64,000 bases of DNA from Acidobacteriota bacterium. GTDB taxonomy: Bacteria; Acidobacteriota; Thermoanaerobaculia; Gp7-AA8. Within the stretch, counting starts at the first letter, position 1; the number at the start of each line of letters is the position of its first letter. This document shows positions 62,037 through 64,000 of this stretch, piece by piece. Location: assembly GCA_019244185.1 (NCBI GenBank), contig JAFATB010000014.1, positions 32,001 to 96,000 of the forward strand, in the 5' to 3' direction. The notes beneath the pieces are model-generated. The model worked only from the letters and a program-made list of their open reading frames with translations. It did not search any database and was not told the DNA's origin. The position numbers and the translations under genes are program-made.

Positions 62037-62630
62037 ATGCGGAGATGGATCGGCGGTTGGATCGCTGCGGTGCTGTTGTTGTTCGCGTTCGGTGTGCCGT
62101 GGCTGCGCGCGCAGTCGAACGCGGCGCGCGTGACGACGACGCAAACGGAAGAAACCGTCGACGCGACGGGGACGGACGGGGTGCAAACCACGTCGACGAC
62201 CACCACCACGACGTCCGTCATCGAAGGCGGCATTCCGTCGACCTCCGCCGCGCCGCCGCCCGCGTGGACGCACCTCGTGCGCATCGCCGCGAACGCCGGA
62301 CCGATCGCGTTCCTGCTGCTGGCGTGGCTCATCGGCGGAATCATCCACGTGCGCATGGTCCGCCGCGAGCAGGCGCAGTTCCCGGTGCTGCGCGGCAGCC
62401 GCGCGCCGCAGACGGTGCCGATGATCGTCAGCGCGCTCCTGTTCCTCGTCCCGGCCATCCTCTTCATCGTCTTCGAGGTGCGCTCGCGCTACGAGATCCG
62501 CCGCGGCCTCGCCGGCGTCGTCGACGAATGGCAGCCGGTCACGGTGCACGCGTGGACGGCGCTCGTGATCTGTCTCGCGCTCGCGTTGATCCCGTGGCTG
62601 CTCGCGCGCCGCGCGGACACGGTCGCATAG
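62037..62630 (+). CDS. Hypothetical membrane protein: signal/TM, Thr-rich linker, three TM helices
   Basis: Hydropathy pattern of the translation; 13-bp gap to the next gene. Confidence 0.7.
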   Translation: MRRWIGGWIAAVLLLFAFGVPWLRAQSNAARVTTTQTEETVDATGTDGVQTTSTTTTTTSVIEGGIPSTSAAPPPAWTHLVRIAANAGPIAFLLLAWLIGGIIHVRMVRREQAQFPVLRGSRAPQTVPMIVSALLFLVPAILFIVFEVRSRYEIRRGLAGVVDEWQPVTVHAWTALVICLALALIPWLLARRADTVA

Positions 62631-62643
62631 GAAGGACGGAATC

Positions 62644-64000
62644 GTGGCGAACTACCTCATTGCGGTCGGCGGCACCGGCCAGCACGTCGCACTCGCGGTG
62701 GCCGATTTCATCGCGCTCGCGTACGAGATCTACACCGAAGAATTTCCGAACGTTCAGATGATTCTCGTCGACGCCGATCAGGCGGCGGACACGGATCAGC
62801 CATCAGCGTGGCAGGAGGCGCGCGCGCGGCTCAACGCGCTCGGTCTGCTCGCCGGCGACAGCTTCGAATGCGTCCCGCTTCCGGTGCACTCGCAGCTCGC
62901 CGACTCGCGGCGCATGTACGAGTTCGTGAATCGCCTCGGCGCGTCGTTCGGTCCGAACGCGGCGGACGCGCTGCTGCTGCGCGAACAGCGCGAGGTCGAC
63001 GTGACGACCGGCTTCTACGCGCAGCCACGCGTCGGCGCGATGATGGCCGAATGGCTCTTCAATGAAGTGACGCGCGGCGACGGCGTGAACCCGCAGCTCG
63101 CGCGCATCTTCGCGCTCGCCGGCGATCCGGCGAATCGCATCGTCGTCGCGGGGTCGGGCGTCGGCGGCACCGGCGCGGGCTTCGCGCCCGCGCTCGTGCG
63201 GCGGCTCTCGGCGGCAAGCGGTGGTGGCCGGCTGATGGCGCTCATGGCCACGGAATGGTTCCGCCTCTCGGGCCTGTGCGCGAACCGCCTTTCGGAATCG
63301 GTGCAGAAGAGCAACGCGAACTCCGCGCTGTGGCACGCGGCGCATTCGGGCTCGAGCGCCGTGCGCACGATTCTGTTCGGACATCCGTCCGTCTCGCGCG
63401 CGCCGGAGGAGGAATGCCAGAGCGGCGCGTTCCAGGCGCGCAAGCGCAACCTCACCATTCCGTACTATGCGGCCGCGGCGGCGCTGTCGTTCTTCGCCGG
63501 CGATGCGAATGGCGGCACGCACGTGCCCGCGGCGACGCTCGCGGGCGACGTCGTTGCGCTGCCGAAGTCGCTGCGGATCACGCCGCGTCTGACGTTGCGC
63601 GAGCTCGTCGAGTCGAACGTCGAAGCGGTCGGGCGACTGACGCTCGCATCGGAGTATCTGCGCGGTCGCTATCAGGGATTCGTGCTGCCGTTCTCGTCGC
63701 TGAGCGGCCGGATCGCGGCGCTCGATCAGACCGACCGCCAGCGCATCGACGGTCCGCTCGCCGCGAAGCGCGCGGCCTTGCGCAACCTCGGCGTCTCCGA
63801 CGAGAAGCTGCCCGTCGTGCCGCGCATTCATCGCGGTCTCGCGACGCTGCGCGGCTGGGTCAACGGCAGAGTCGATCGTCCGTACGATCTCTGGAAGGAC
63901 GTTCCGGTCGTGCCGCCGCAGACGACCGAGCGCAAGGCTGAAGCCGTCGCGGCCGACAGCGACACCGCGGCGCTGCTCATCCGCAAGATCGGTTATGCCA
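62644..64000 (+). CDS. Tubulin/FtsZ-like GTPase domain protein, 3'-truncated by the window edge
   Basis: Manual translation: (M)ANYLIAVGGTGQHV...ILVDAD...GFYAQPRVGA...IVVAGSGVGGTGAG; open to the window end; AGGAAGG SD upstream. Confidence 0.82.
   Translation, partial: MANYLIAVGGTGQHVALAVADFIALAYEIYTEEFPNVQMILVDADQAADTDQPSAWQEARARLNALGLLAGDSFECVPLPVHSQLADSRRMYEFVNRLGASFGPNAADALLLREQREVDVTTGFYAQPRVGAMMAEWLFNEVTRGDGVNPQLARIFALAGDPANRIVVAGSGVGGTGAGFAPALVRRLSAASGGGRLMALMATEWFRLSGLCANRLSESVQKSNANSALWHAAHSGSSAVRTILFGHPSVSRAPEEECQSGAFQARKRNLTIPYYAAAAALSFFAGDANGGTHVPAATLAGDVVALPKSLRITPRLTLRELVESNVEAVGRLTLASEYLRGRYQGFVLPFSSLSGRIAALDQTDRQRIDGPLAAKRAALRNLGVSDEKLPVVPRIHRGLATLRGWVNGRVDRPYDLWKDVPVVPPQTTERKAEAVAADSDTAALLIRKIGYA

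Noticed and set aside
62803-63941. ORF-track calls 62803..63831 (-) and 63255..63941 (+)
   Set aside because: They are alternative frames of the tubulin-like gene starting at 62644, which has motifs, an SD and typical codon usage

Overview
GC-rich bacterial chromosome segment, probably from an Acidobacteriota (Thermoanaerobaculia-like) genome; the taxonomy is inferred from gene content and the adhesin C-terminal domain, not proven. Most of it is housekeeping: mreBCD-mrdA-rodA, ppiD-like, rarA, asnS-rnj-uppP, hpt, three GT4 glycosyltransferases, yceD-rpmF-plsX-fabD-fabG, tRNA-Arg(UCG) and tRNA-Thr(CGU). Accessory loci of interest: (1) a three-domain Asp/Asn beta-hydroxylase + sulfotransferase + TIGR03032 fusion gene lying head-to-head with a 2355-aa surface protein carrying 14 Calx-beta repeats, a candidate dedicated adhesin-modification system; (2) a Shango-like anti-phage triad (TerB-N/TerB/TerB-C, ATPase, helicase) divergent from a TM0106-type nuclease-helicase; (3) downstream of tRNA-Thr, an att-like motif, a degenerate small GTPase, a membrane protein and a tubulin/FtsZ-like protein that is absent from the ORF track because it runs off the window; (4) an unannotated 29-aa Lys/Ser-rich ORF with its own near-consensus promoter, SD and terminator; (5) several non-coding repeats: a ~64-bp hairpin tandem array, two copies of a ~150-190-bp palindromic element, and heptamer-repeat hairpins. 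All family calls come from reading motifs by eye; no searches were run.
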